Part shown: positions 6,522-16,212 of the stretch, piece by piece
Layout: the number at the start of each line of letters is the position of its first letter
How positions within the stretch are numbered: the first letter of the stretch is position 1
Origin: Promethearchaeota archaeon
GTDB taxonomy: Archaea > Asgardarchaeota > Hermodarchaeia > Hermodarchaeales > Hermodarchaeaceae
Length of the DNA: 32,000 bases
Reading direction: 5' to 3'
Assembly (NCBI GenBank): GCA_048938385.1
Contig: JBHLMG010000001.1
Location: 183,703-215,702, forward strand
Position numbers and translations under genes: made by a program
The notes under the pieces: generated by a model
Database searches by the model: none
What the model saw: the letters and a program-made list of their open reading frames with translations, nothing else
What the model was told of the DNA's origin: nothing

Positions 6522-6644
6522 GGGCCCGTGGCCAAGTCGGATAGGATGAAAATCTCCGCAGAAGGCGCCGGCCTCCTAAGCCGGTAATCCCGGGTTCGAA
6601 AGCGTCCATCCTGATTGGCGTCGAGATTCCCGGCGGGCCCGCCA
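6522..6644 (+). tRNA. tRNA-Arg(CCT) with two non-canonical introns (D-loop and 59/60); CCA encoded
   Basis: Exons: GGGCCCG TG GCC AAGTCGGATA | GAA GGC G CCGGC CTCCTAA GCCGG TAATC CCGGG TTCGAA | T CCCGG CGGGCCC G CCA. Intron 1 is 6544-6560 (17 nt), with helix CGGA/TCCG, bulges TA|G and CA|G, inner GAT-GAAA-ATC, and a weak outer helix. Intron 2 is 6601-6627 (27 nt), with central helix TTCG/CGAG and bulges AA|A and AT|T. Confidence 0.82.
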
Positions 6645-6665
6645 TTTTCTTAATGATGTTGAGTT

Positions 6666-7262
6666 TCAGCTTCCGGCTACAATATCTGCAGGCGCGACTA
6701 GATAGTAGGTGGGTTCACCTTGACGGTCTAACACTGCAAGCATCAATTTCTTGCGATTGCGTTTTGCCTGTTTGGTGAAAACATCAAGTTCTGTTACTTT
6801 GAGAGGAGAACCTTCCGAAATAGTACAGACGAAATACTTAGCTGTTGCTTCATTAAGTTTGGCACCACGAGGATAAACCCGAAATAACAACCCTTTCCCA
6901 TACCCAGTACGGACAACATAGCCCCTACTCCGTAAATCGCTGTACACAAGAAAGCGTGTCCATAGCCCCAATTGCTTCTCTGCGAGTCGTTCAAGGAGAA
7001 CCGAAAATTCCAGCGTGTTCTTCTTTAAATCCTTCACCGAGATACGTTGCCGTCTCAGTAGCAATAATGCCTCTTCGGGTTCAAGGATAAGCGTTTGCGA
7101 GTCTTTCAAAGTTCCGTAATACCCGGCTTCAAACAATAGTTTCGCATGTTGCCCTGTGATTACCACGCGACCACGGGTTAGCTTTGCTTGAATGGGTTCA
7201 TCGGGGAGTTGAGATCGTTCATCGCTGGGCGTATCATCCTCAATGGTTTTTTCCTTGGTCAT
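6666..7262 (-). CDS. endA: tRNA-splicing endonuclease (EndA) family subunit; the catalytic His position appears substituted
   Basis: The N-domain is GRVVITGQHAKLLFEAGYYGTL...LEPEEALLLL. The C-domain is LVYSDLRSRGYVVRTGYGKGLLFRVYPRG...ATAKYFV...AKRNRKKLMLAVLD. Aligned from memory to M. jannaschii EndA, Tyr (RVY) and Lys (RKK) are kept, but GHSVYLV becomes ATAKYFV (His to Thr). The first ATG is at 7262; the track start at 7280 is a TTG. Confidence 0.75.
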   Translation of the reverse strand: MTKEKTIEDDTPSDERSQLPDEPIQAKLTRGRVVITGQHAKLLFEAGYYGTLKDSQTLILEPEEALLLLRRQRISVKDLKKNTLEFSVLLERLAEKQLGLWTRFLVYSDLRSRGYVVRTGYGKGLLFRVYPRGAKLNEATAKYFVCTISEGSPLKVTELDVFTKQAKRNRKKLMLAVLDRQGEPTYYLVAPADIVAGS

Positions 7263-7295
7263 CCTTGAACACCATCTCAAGCGAAAAGAGGCGAA

Positions 7296-7306
7296 GCTAT
7301 ATAACC
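7296..7306. promoter_or_regulatory. shared palindromic TATA (GCTATATAACC) between divergent endA-like and hycI-like genes
   Basis: About 25 nt upstream of the hycI-like ATG at 7329, which suggests a leaderless mRNA. About 35 nt upstream of the endA ATG at 7262 on the other strand. Confidence 0.45.
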
Positions 7307-7328
7307 TCTTCCCGTCACCCCCAATTTA

Positions 7329-7817
7329 ATGAAATCCTGGCAACAACGACTCGAAGCAGTTTTTTTTAAATCTAATAAAACTGCCATTATCGGCATCGGT
7401 AATGACCTTAAAGCAGACGATGGCGTTGGACCCTACATCATCGACAAACTTCAAACTCAAGTCCCACCACACATCGAACTTATCAACGCCAGCACAGTTC
7501 CCGAGAATTTCATTAACCACCTTATTGAAACTACCCCTTCTCTGATCCTCCTAATCGATGCCGCATTAATGAACTCCAAACCCGGAACTATTCGTCTCAT
7601 CGACAAATCCAACATTGGAGGCGTGGCATTCTCAACCCATCAACTCCCCCTCACCTTCTTCATCGAATACATCGAAAACAACATCAAGACGACCATTCTC
7701 ATCCTTGGAATTCAACCTCTCACCGACGAGTTTACCCTCCCCCTCTCTCAACCCGTCCAAACCGCCGCTCAACAAATTATCAAAACCCTAACCCAGCTTT
7801 TCCAACAAAGCGTTTGA
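7329..7817 (+). CDS. hydrogenase maturation endopeptidase (HycI/HyaD family)
   Basis: GIGNDLKADDGVGPYI, LIDAA and STHQLPL match the family's metal-ligand motifs. No hydrogenase structural gene is present in this window. Confidence 0.8.
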   Translation: MKSWQQRLEAVFFKSNKTAIIGIGNDLKADDGVGPYIIDKLQTQVPPHIELINASTVPENFINHLIETTPSLILLIDAALMNSKPGTIRLIDKSNIGGVAFSTHQLPLTFFIEYIENNIKTTILILGIQPLTDEFTLPLSQPVQTAAQQIIKTLTQLFQQSV

Positions 7818-7820
7818 AAA

Positions 7821-7830
7821 CTCTTATAAG
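7821..7830 (+). promoter_or_regulatory. TATA box (CTCTTATAAG) for tRNA-Tyr
   Basis: Lies about 30 nt upstream of the tRNA 5' end at 7861. Confidence 0.45.
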
Positions 7831-7860
7831 CAATTCAGTAAAACCTACTTCTTCGCTAAT

Positions 7861-7993
7861 CCCGGCGTAGCTCAACCTGGTAGAGCGTCTGGCTGTAGGT
7901 TAACACCGCACCCTGAGCCATCTTGGCAATGATTCGGTGCCAACCAACGCAGATACCAGATGGTTCCTGGTTCAAATCCGGGCGCCGGGACCA
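7861..7993 (+). tRNA. tRNA-Tyr(GTA) with a 56-nt canonical (37/38) intron; CCA encoded
   Basis: Exons: CCCGGCG TA GCTC AACCTGGTA GAGC G TCTGG CTGTAG | A CCAGA TGGTT CCTGG TTCAAAT CCGGG CGCCGGG A CCA. Intron 7899-7954, with central helix CTGT/GCAG and bulges AG|G and AT|A. Confidence 0.88.
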
Positions 7994-8006
7994 AATCACA
8001 GAGTAA

Positions 8007-8016
8007 CCTTTATATC
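8007..8016 (+). promoter_or_regulatory. TATA box (CCTTTATATC) for tRNA-Asp
   Basis: Lies about 30 nt upstream of the tRNA 5' end at 8045. Confidence 0.45.
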
Positions 8017-8044
8017 ACTCCTGACCTTGCAAAACTGAGGCTGC

Positions 8045-8152
8045 GCCCGTTTAGTGTAGCCAGGTCTATCATCTGGGACTGTCAATGGTCTATACTCGAT
8101 ATAGGCCAATGGATCTCCTAGGACTCGGGTTCAAATCCCGGAACGGGCGCCA
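8045..8152 (+). tRNA. tRNA-Asp(GTC) with a 30-nt canonical (37/38) intron; CCA encoded
   Basis: Exons: GCCCGTT TA GTGT AGCCAGGTCTA TCAT C TGGGA CTGTCA | C TCCTA GGAC TCGGG TTCAAAT CCCGG AACGGGC G CCA. Intron 8085-8114 forms a 9-bp inner helix, TGGTCTATA/TATAGGCCA. Confidence 0.88.
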
Positions 8153-8487
8153 TTTCTTCTCTTCGTCGGTCTTTTGCGCGATTTTGAGGTTTAAGCCTAG
8201 GACATCTGGCGGTTTAATCGAAAGCTTAAAAAGGCGTTTGTACATTGTCGCCGTAGTTCCGCAGACGGTCTGCTTCGCTGGAGCGACGGCTGGTTTGGCG
8301 CCGCATGTTTCTGCCTAGGCAAAATTACGGATGAGACAGTATTCCCGCTCTACAACGCTTGACAAAAAGGGATCAATCGTCTTCTCATGCGGGCTAAGGC
8401 TCGATGGGCTCATCGAAGGCATAGAACCGTTTTGTTGGAGTAGAATTGCCATCCTGCATTGAGCAGATTAGCCTTAGAGGGTCGAGT

Positions 8488-11400
8488 ATGGTACTATCAT
8501 CAGAAGACCGTTGGTCCGTAATGAAGTCCTTCTTCAGTTCAAAGGGATTAGTCAGGCAACACCTTGACTCGTATAATGACTTTGTAGAACGCCGCATCAA
8601 ACAGATTGTAAGCGATGTTGGTAAAATTGAGCCTGACATTGAAAATTACTACGTTCGGCTTGGACGAATAGAAATTCAAAACCCCTCAGTCCGTGAAGCC
8701 GACGGATCTGTGCGTAACATCACTCCCTCTGAAGCACGGATTCGAAACCTCACATATTCTTCTCCCATTTATCTAGAAATGACCCCAGTCTATCAGGACA
8801 AGAAAACGGGAATGGAATATGATGAGGAAACAACCAGCGTCTACGTTGGCCGACTCCCGATTATGCTAAAATCCGCCTTTTGTCGGCTTTCTGCTATGAC
8901 ACCTGAAGAGCTAGTCGAAGTGGGTGAGGATCCAAATGATCCTGGCGGTTATTTCATTATCAATGGTTCTGAAAGAGTATTAGTAACTCAGGAAGACCTT
9001 GCACCCAACCGCATACTAATTGAAGAAGCGACAAGTAGTAGCGCCTGTACTCACATGGCAAAGGTCTTTTCAACGGCTCGCGGATTCCGTGCTCCAGTAA
9101 CCATGGAACGACGGACGGATCATACCTATCGGGTGTCCTTTCCCTCGGTTCCTGGTAAAATCCCCTTAGTTGTTTTATTACGGGCATTAGGGCTAGTCAC
9201 AGACCGCGAAGTAGTTTCCGCTATCACCGATGATCCCGTGTTAGCCCAAGAACTAATTCCCAGCTTTCATGCAACTGAGGCGCTCGTAGTTCCTAAGGAT
9301 GCAAAGGCGACGCGTGAAAATGCCTTAGACTACATAGGAAAACGCGTTGCAGTTGGGCAAACGAAGGATTACCGGCTCAGACGCGCAGAACAGGTACTCA
9401 ACCGATATTTGCTCCCGCATATAGGAACGGATTCCGGGGCAGCCCTTGCTAAGGCACACTATGTAGGGCAAATGACTCAACGGCTTTTAGAGTTAAGCGT
9501 AGACCGACGCGAGCAAGACGACAAAGATCACTACGCCAATAAGCGATTAAAACTCGCTGGGGATCTACTTACAAGTCTCTTCCGTGTGGCTTTCCATAAC
9601 CTCACACGTGACATTAAATACCAACTCGAACGCACCGCTACACGAGGACGCAAACCCAATATCAAAACCGCTGTTCGCGCAGATGTCATCACAGAACGCT
9701 TGCGCCACGCCCTCGCCACAGGGAACTGGGTTGGGGGCAAAGCCGGTGTAAGCCAGCTCCTCGACCGCGTCAACTACATGTCTTCCATCAGCCACCTCCG
9801 ACGAGTCGTTTCTCCCCTCAGCCGTAGCCAGCCACACTTCGAAGCCCGCGACCTCCACCCCACTCATTTTGGAAAGATCTGTCCCAACGAAACACCTGAA
9901 GGTCCGAATTGCGGGCTTGTGAAAAACCTTGCCTTAATGTCTCACATCTCCGTTGGTTCTGATGAAGCTGAAGTTGAGGAAGCGCTAATCTCGCTCAAAG
10001 TCCAACCTATCGATGCAAAATCGAAGGAGGAGAAAAAGAACTCGTATATTTACCTAAATGGGCGATTTGTAGGGACTCATTCACAACCAGAACTCCTGGT
10101 CACTCGTCTGCGTGATCGTCGACAACGTAATGAGCTGAATGATCAGGTCAACCTTGCATTTTACGCAGACACCAACGAGGTTCAAATCAACTCAGATGCA
10201 GGTCGAGTACGTAGACCATTAATTATTGTAAAGGAAGGCGTACCACTCCTCGAAAAACAGCATGTTGAACGGGTTAAAAGTCGAGAATTAACTTGGGAAG
10301 ACTTGGTGAAGGCGGGAATCATCGAGTATCTGGATGCCGAAGAAGAAGAAAACTCTCTCATCGCAATGCAGGTAGAGGAAATAACTCCAGAACACACTCA
10401 TTTAGAAATTGTTCCTGAAACTATATTGGGGATTTGCGCAAGTTTAGTTCCGTTTGCTGAACACAATCAATCACCACGTAATACCTATGAAGCTGGAATG
10501 GCAAAACAGGCATTGGGCTTATACTCAGCGAATTTTTCCTTGCGTGTTGATACACGAAGTCATCTACTCCACTATGTCCAAAGTCCTATAGTCACTACAC
10601 GACCAATGGAAGTTATCGGGTACATGCGAAGGCCGGCAGGACAAAACTTCATCGTTGCCATTCACTCCTTCCAAGGATATAATATCGAAGATGCACTAGT
10701 CATCAATAAAGCCTCCATCGAACGAGGAATTGCCCGTTCCTCCTTCTTCCGTTGTTATGACGCAGAAGAACGAAAATATCCTGGTGGACAGGAAGACAAA
10801 TTCGAAATTCCAAGCCGAGAGGTGCGAGGATACCGAGCCTCAGAAGCGTACCGGTTACTCAGCGAAGATGGGATCATTGAACCGGAATTCCAAGTAGGCG
10901 GCGATGAAATTCTCATTGGACGAACAAGTCCTCCCCGATTCCTTGAAGAATATACAGAACTAGAGGTTCCCGGTCCCAAACGGCGTGAAACCTCCGTGAG
11001 CTTACGACATGGAGAAGAAGGAACTATCGATAAAGTTCTCATTTCCGAAACTATTGACGGCAACCGGCTCGTGAAGGTGAAGGTTCGTGATGAACGCATC
11101 CCTGAACTTGGAGATAAATTTGCTAGTCGACATGGACAAAAAGGCGTTATTGGGCTTCTAGCTCCTCAGGAAGACATGCCTTTCACTGAAAGTGGAATTG
11201 TACCGGATCTAGTCGTGAATGCCCATGCATTTCCTAGCCGAATGACCCTCGGTCAAATCCTCGAATCTATGGCCGGGAAAATTGGATGCCTTCAAGGGAA
11301 ATCCATTGATGCGACTCCTTTCTCCGGAAGGAAACTTGAAGAAATGATTCGTGACCTACATGAACTAGGCTTCAAATATAGCGGTCGAGAAACCATGTAT

Positions 11401-11850
11401 AATGGGGTTACAGGTCACAAATATGATGTTGATTTGTTTGTTGGCGTTGTCTATTACCAAAAACTCCACCACCTCGTGGCAGACAAAATGCATGCCCGCG
11501 CCCGTGGACCTGTGCAGATTCTTACTCGACAACCCACAGAGGGTCGGGCTCGAGAAGGTGGATTACGCTTTGGCGAAATGGAACGCGACTGTCTTATTGG
11601 TCATGGCGCTGCCCTTCTATTACGCGAACGACTTCTAGAAGAGTCAGACAAATACACAGCTATGGTTTGCGAAGAATGTGGCATGCTTGCAGAATATGAT
11701 CGTACGAGGGACCGATACCGCTGTCGAGTGTGTTCTCCGAAAACAACTACCATCAGCAAAGTAGAGATGTCATATGCATTCAAACTCGTTCTACAGGAAC
11801 TCATCTCACTCGGTATTTGGCCCCGATTGAAATTATCCGATCGAACATAA
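8488..11850 (+). CDS. rpoB: DNA-directed RNA polymerase subunit B (unsplit)
   Basis: About 1120 aa. Typical start MVLSSEDRWSVMKSFF..GLVRQHLDSYNDF. Motifs GKICPNETPEGPNCGLVKNLA and RHGQKGV are present, plus a C-terminal CxxC..CxxC zinc motif. The ATG at 8488 is preceded by GAGGG; the track start at 8446 is probably too early. Confidence 0.97.
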   Translation: MVLSSEDRWSVMKSFFSSKGLVRQHLDSYNDFVERRIKQIVSDVGKIEPDIENYYVRLGRIEIQNPSVREADGSVRNITPSEARIRNLTYSSPIYLEMTPVYQDKKTGMEYDEETTSVYVGRLPIMLKSAFCRLSAMTPEELVEVGEDPNDPGGYFIINGSERVLVTQEDLAPNRILIEEATSSSACTHMAKVFSTARGFRAPVTMERRTDHTYRVSFPSVPGKIPLVVLLRALGLVTDREVVSAITDDPVLAQELIPSFHATEALVVPKDAKATRENALDYIGKRVAVGQTKDYRLRRAEQVLNRYLLPHIGTDSGAALAKAHYVGQMTQRLLELSVDRREQDDKDHYANKRLKLAGDLLTSLFRVAFHNLTRDIKYQLERTATRGRKPNIKTAVRADVITERLRHALATGNWVGGKAGVSQLLDRVNYMSSISHLRRVVSPLSRSQPHFEARDLHPTHFGKICPNETPEGPNCGLVKNLALMSHISVGSDEAEVEEALISLKVQPIDAKSKEEKKNSYIYLNGRFVGTHSQPELLVTRLRDRRQRNELNDQVNLAFYADTNEVQINSDAGRVRRPLIIVKEGVPLLEKQHVERVKSRELTWEDLVKAGIIEYLDAEEEENSLIAMQVEEITPEHTHLEIVPETILGICASLVPFAEHNQSPRNTYEAGMAKQALGLYSANFSLRVDTRSHLLHYVQSPIVTTRPMEVIGYMRRPAGQNFIVAIHSFQGYNIEDALVINKASIERGIARSSFFRCYDAEERKYPGGQEDKFEIPSREVRGYRASEAYRLLSEDGIIEPEFQVGGDEILIGRTSPPRFLEEYTELEVPGPKRRETSVSLRHGEEGTIDKVLISETIDGNRLVKVKVRDERIPELGDKFASRHGQKGVIGLLAPQEDMPFTESGIVPDLVVNAHAFPSRMTLGQILESMAGKIGCLQGKSIDATPFSGRKLEEMIRDLHELGFKYSGRETMYNGVTGHKYDVDLFVGVVYYQKLHHLVADKMHARARGPVQILTRQPTEGRAREGGLRFGEMERDCLIGHGAALLLRERLLEESDKYTAMVCEECGMLAEYDRTRDRYRCRVCSPKTTTISKVEMSYAFKLVLQELISLGIWPRLKLSDRT

Positions 11851-11886
11851 ACCCCTTGGAAGGAGGCAATAACAATATCAAACCCA

Positions 11887-14523
11887 ATGAAAAAGGTTGG
11901 AAGTATTTGGTTTGGACTTCTCTCACCTGATATCATAAGAAAAATGAGTGTCACGCAAGTCATCACCGCTGACACCTATGACGAAGATGGACTCCCCATC
12001 TCATCAGGATTAATGGACCCTAAACTTGGAACTATTGAACCAGGTCAACGCTGTAAATCTTGTGGAAACAGGGTCGGAGAATGCCCAGGACACTTTGGAC
12101 ATATCGAACTTGCTCGTCCAGTAGTCCATGTGAGCTTCGATAAATTAATTAAGAAATTCCTTAAGGCCATTTGTCGACGCTGTGCCCGTCTAAAAGTAAA
12201 ACCAGACTCTTTGGAGAAATACAAAGAAAAGATGGATGCCTATTTCGAAAAATTCGGTCATATAGACCAAATACTCGCAGATGAAGTGCTTAAAGAGGCT
12301 GGGAAGGCCACAACTTGCCCTCATTGTGAAGCTGAGCAATTCAAGATCAAGTTTGAGAAGCCTACTACTTTTTATGAAGAAAAAATGGAAGGCAGCGTTC
12401 GTCTTACTCCCACTGATGTACGCGATCGCTTAGAACGAATCACATCTGACGACTGTTTTCTTATGGGCATCGACACTCGAGTCACCCGTCCTGAATGGAT
12501 GATTCTCACAGTACAACCTGTCCCTCCTGTAGCCGTGCGACCATCAATTACCTTGGAATCAGGTGTAAAATCTGAAGATGATCTAACCCACAAACTCGTT
12601 GATGTAATCAGAATCAATCAACGGCTGCGCGAAAATATCGAAGCAGGTGCACCTCAACTTATAGTTGAAGACCTCTGGGAACTCCTCCAATACCATGTTA
12701 CAACATATTTCAACAACGAAGTCTCCGGAATTCCGCCCGCCCGGCATCGCTCGGGACGCGCTCTTCGCACTCTCGCACAACGTTTGAAGGGTAAAGAAGG
12801 ACGGTTCCGCAGCAACCTCTCTGGCAAACGCGTTGACTTCTCAGCACGCACGGTCATCTCCCCCGATCCCAATCTCTCAATTAACGAAGTAGGAGTTCCA
12901 TTCGAAATAGCCAAAACCCTCACTGTCCCTGAACGAGTCACCGAATGGAACATCGAAGATATGCGCGAATTAGTTCTTCAAGGACCTCAAGGCTACCCTG
13001 GCTGTAATTATGTAGTTCGTCCCGATGGAAAACGAATTGATCTTCGGTATGTCAAAGATCGAAAGACGAACGCAGACGGACTCGCTCCCGGATACATCAT
13101 TGAGCGACATCTATATTCAGGAGACATCGTTCTATTCAACCGACAACCTTCACTACATCGCATGTCAATTATGGCTCACGAAGTCAAAGTCATGCCATAC
13201 CGCACATTCCGGCTTCACCTTGTGGTCTGCCCTCCCTACAACGCTGACTTCGACGGGGACGAGATGAATTTACATGTCCCCCAAAGCGAAGAAGCTCGAG
13301 CTGAAGCACGAATACTTATGTTAGTTCAAGAACAGATCCTTAGCCCACGGTATGGCGGTCCAATTATTGGTGGCATTCAAGACTATATTTCCTCAGCATT
13401 CCTTCTCACACGAAAGAGCTCCTTCTTTAATAAACGCCAAACCTGTCAACTTCTAGCCTCAGCAGGATACCGAAAAGACCTACCTCCTCCGGCAGTCAAG
13501 CGACCTGAACCTATGTGGACAGGTAAACAAATCTTCAGTATGTTGCTTCCCAGGGGCTTGAATCTTTCTCTAAAATCTCGGGTTTGTCAAAAATGCGATG
13601 TATGTCAAAAAGAAAAGTGCCCCCATGATGCCTTTGTAGTTATTCGAGACGGAAACCTGCTCACAGGAGTTATTGATAAAAAAGCCATCGGTGCTGCTCA
13701 ACCCGAGAGCGTTCTCCACCGAATTGCCAAAGATTACGGTAATGCTGAAGCACGCCATTTCCTTGATAGCATTTGTCCTCTTTTAGTGGTTCTTATTACC
13801 AACATGGGCTTTAGTATGGGAATTGACGATGTTATTCTCACACCTACAGCAATTCGGCAGATTGAACAAATCCTCTCTGATGCTGAAGAAGAAGGTAATC
13901 AGCTCGTCCAAATTTATGAAGCGAATCAGCTACAACGACTACCAGGGCGTTCAATAGAAGAAACTTTCGAAATGAAGATGATTGAAATTCTCGCCCGTGC
14001 CCGGGACAAAGCGGGGGAAGCTGCAAGCCAACAACTTGGTTTTGATAAACACGCAGTAATCATGACTGGCACAGGTGCAAAGGGTAATCCTCTAAACCTT
14101 GCACAAATGGCTGCCAGCGTCGGACAACAAGCAGTCCGAGGACAGCGTATCTCGAGAGGGTATCGACTACGAACCCTTCCCCACTTTATTAAGGGCGACC
14201 TATCACCTCAGGCACGAGGATTTGTAGTTTCAAGCTATCGAAAGGGATTGAATCCCATTGAGTTTTTCTTCCACGCCATGGGTGGTAGAGAAGGATTAGT
14301 CGACACTGCCGTTCGAACCAGTACGAGTGGGTACATGCAACGGCGATTGATCAACGCCTTACAAGATGTGAAGGTCGAATACGATGGCACTGTACGAAAT
14401 TCCAATGGAGAAATTATTCAGTTCAAATACGGTGAAGACGGAGTTGATCCTGCCCGCAGTGACCATGGTAAAGCTGTCAACTTGGATGTACTAATTGAAC
14501 GAGTGCTCAGCAAGGTGGACTAA
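11887..14523 (+). CDS. rpoA1: DNA-directed RNA polymerase subunit A'
   Basis: 878 aa. FGLLSPDIIRKMSV near the N-terminus, a zinc motif CKSCGNRVGECPGHFGH, and the catalytic NADFDGDEMN. Confidence 0.97.
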   Translation: MKKVGSIWFGLLSPDIIRKMSVTQVITADTYDEDGLPISSGLMDPKLGTIEPGQRCKSCGNRVGECPGHFGHIELARPVVHVSFDKLIKKFLKAICRRCARLKVKPDSLEKYKEKMDAYFEKFGHIDQILADEVLKEAGKATTCPHCEAEQFKIKFEKPTTFYEEKMEGSVRLTPTDVRDRLERITSDDCFLMGIDTRVTRPEWMILTVQPVPPVAVRPSITLESGVKSEDDLTHKLVDVIRINQRLRENIEAGAPQLIVEDLWELLQYHVTTYFNNEVSGIPPARHRSGRALRTLAQRLKGKEGRFRSNLSGKRVDFSARTVISPDPNLSINEVGVPFEIAKTLTVPERVTEWNIEDMRELVLQGPQGYPGCNYVVRPDGKRIDLRYVKDRKTNADGLAPGYIIERHLYSGDIVLFNRQPSLHRMSIMAHEVKVMPYRTFRLHLVVCPPYNADFDGDEMNLHVPQSEEARAEARILMLVQEQILSPRYGGPIIGGIQDYISSAFLLTRKSSFFNKRQTCQLLASAGYRKDLPPPAVKRPEPMWTGKQIFSMLLPRGLNLSLKSRVCQKCDVCQKEKCPHDAFVVIRDGNLLTGVIDKKAIGAAQPESVLHRIAKDYGNAEARHFLDSICPLLVVLITNMGFSMGIDDVILTPTAIRQIEQILSDAEEEGNQLVQIYEANQLQRLPGRSIEETFEMKMIEILARARDKAGEAASQQLGFDKHAVIMTGTGAKGNPLNLAQMAASVGQQAVRGQRISRGYRLRTLPHFIKGDLSPQARGFVVSSYRKGLNPIEFFFHAMGGREGLVDTAVRTSTSGYMQRRLINALQDVKVEYDGTVRNSNGEIIQFKYGEDGVDPARSDHGKAVNLDVLIERVLSKVD

Positions 14524-15732
<1,209 letters not shown>

Positions 15733-15903
15733 AACACTAACGACGCCTTTACTGCTCTATAGGTGTGTGCAGAGAACTTAAAAAGGATGGTCAGAATGCA
15801 ACGCCTTACCCCCTCTCCGATGCCCTTATATGGAACGATGTTCTGCAAGCTTCGTTGCACACGGTATCGTGAATGACAAACACGAAAAAAGAGTGAATTT
15901 TTC

Positions 15904-16212
15904 ATGGATGCTGAAACCGCAATCCGATTGGCTGTGAAATCAGGAAAAACCATCTTTGGTGCTCAACGGACCCTACATACGCTTCGAACGAGTTCTCCAC
16001 GAGTCGTAATTCTCGCTGCAAACGCTCCCTCTGCAATCAGAGAAGAAATAAATACACTTGCTAAAGCAAATGAAGTGCCGATTCACAACTACCGAAGCAA
16101 TAGCTGGGATCTCGGGCAAGTTTGTGGGCGACCACACATGGTAGCAGCTATGGTCGTCCTAGATCCTGGAGATGCTGATATTGCTGCCTTAATAGGGGCT
16201 GGCAAGAAGTGA
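15904..16212 (+). CDS. rpl30e: ribosomal protein eL30 (L30e)
   Basis: 102 aa. AVKSGKTIFGAQRTLHTLRTSSPRVVILAANAP is typical of L30e, and the gene sits in the conserved position after rpoA''. Confidence 0.9.
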   Translation: MDAETAIRLAVKSGKTIFGAQRTLHTLRTSSPRVVILAANAPSAIREEINTLAKANEVPIHNYRSNSWDLGQVCGRPHMVAAMVVLDPGDADIAALIGAGKK

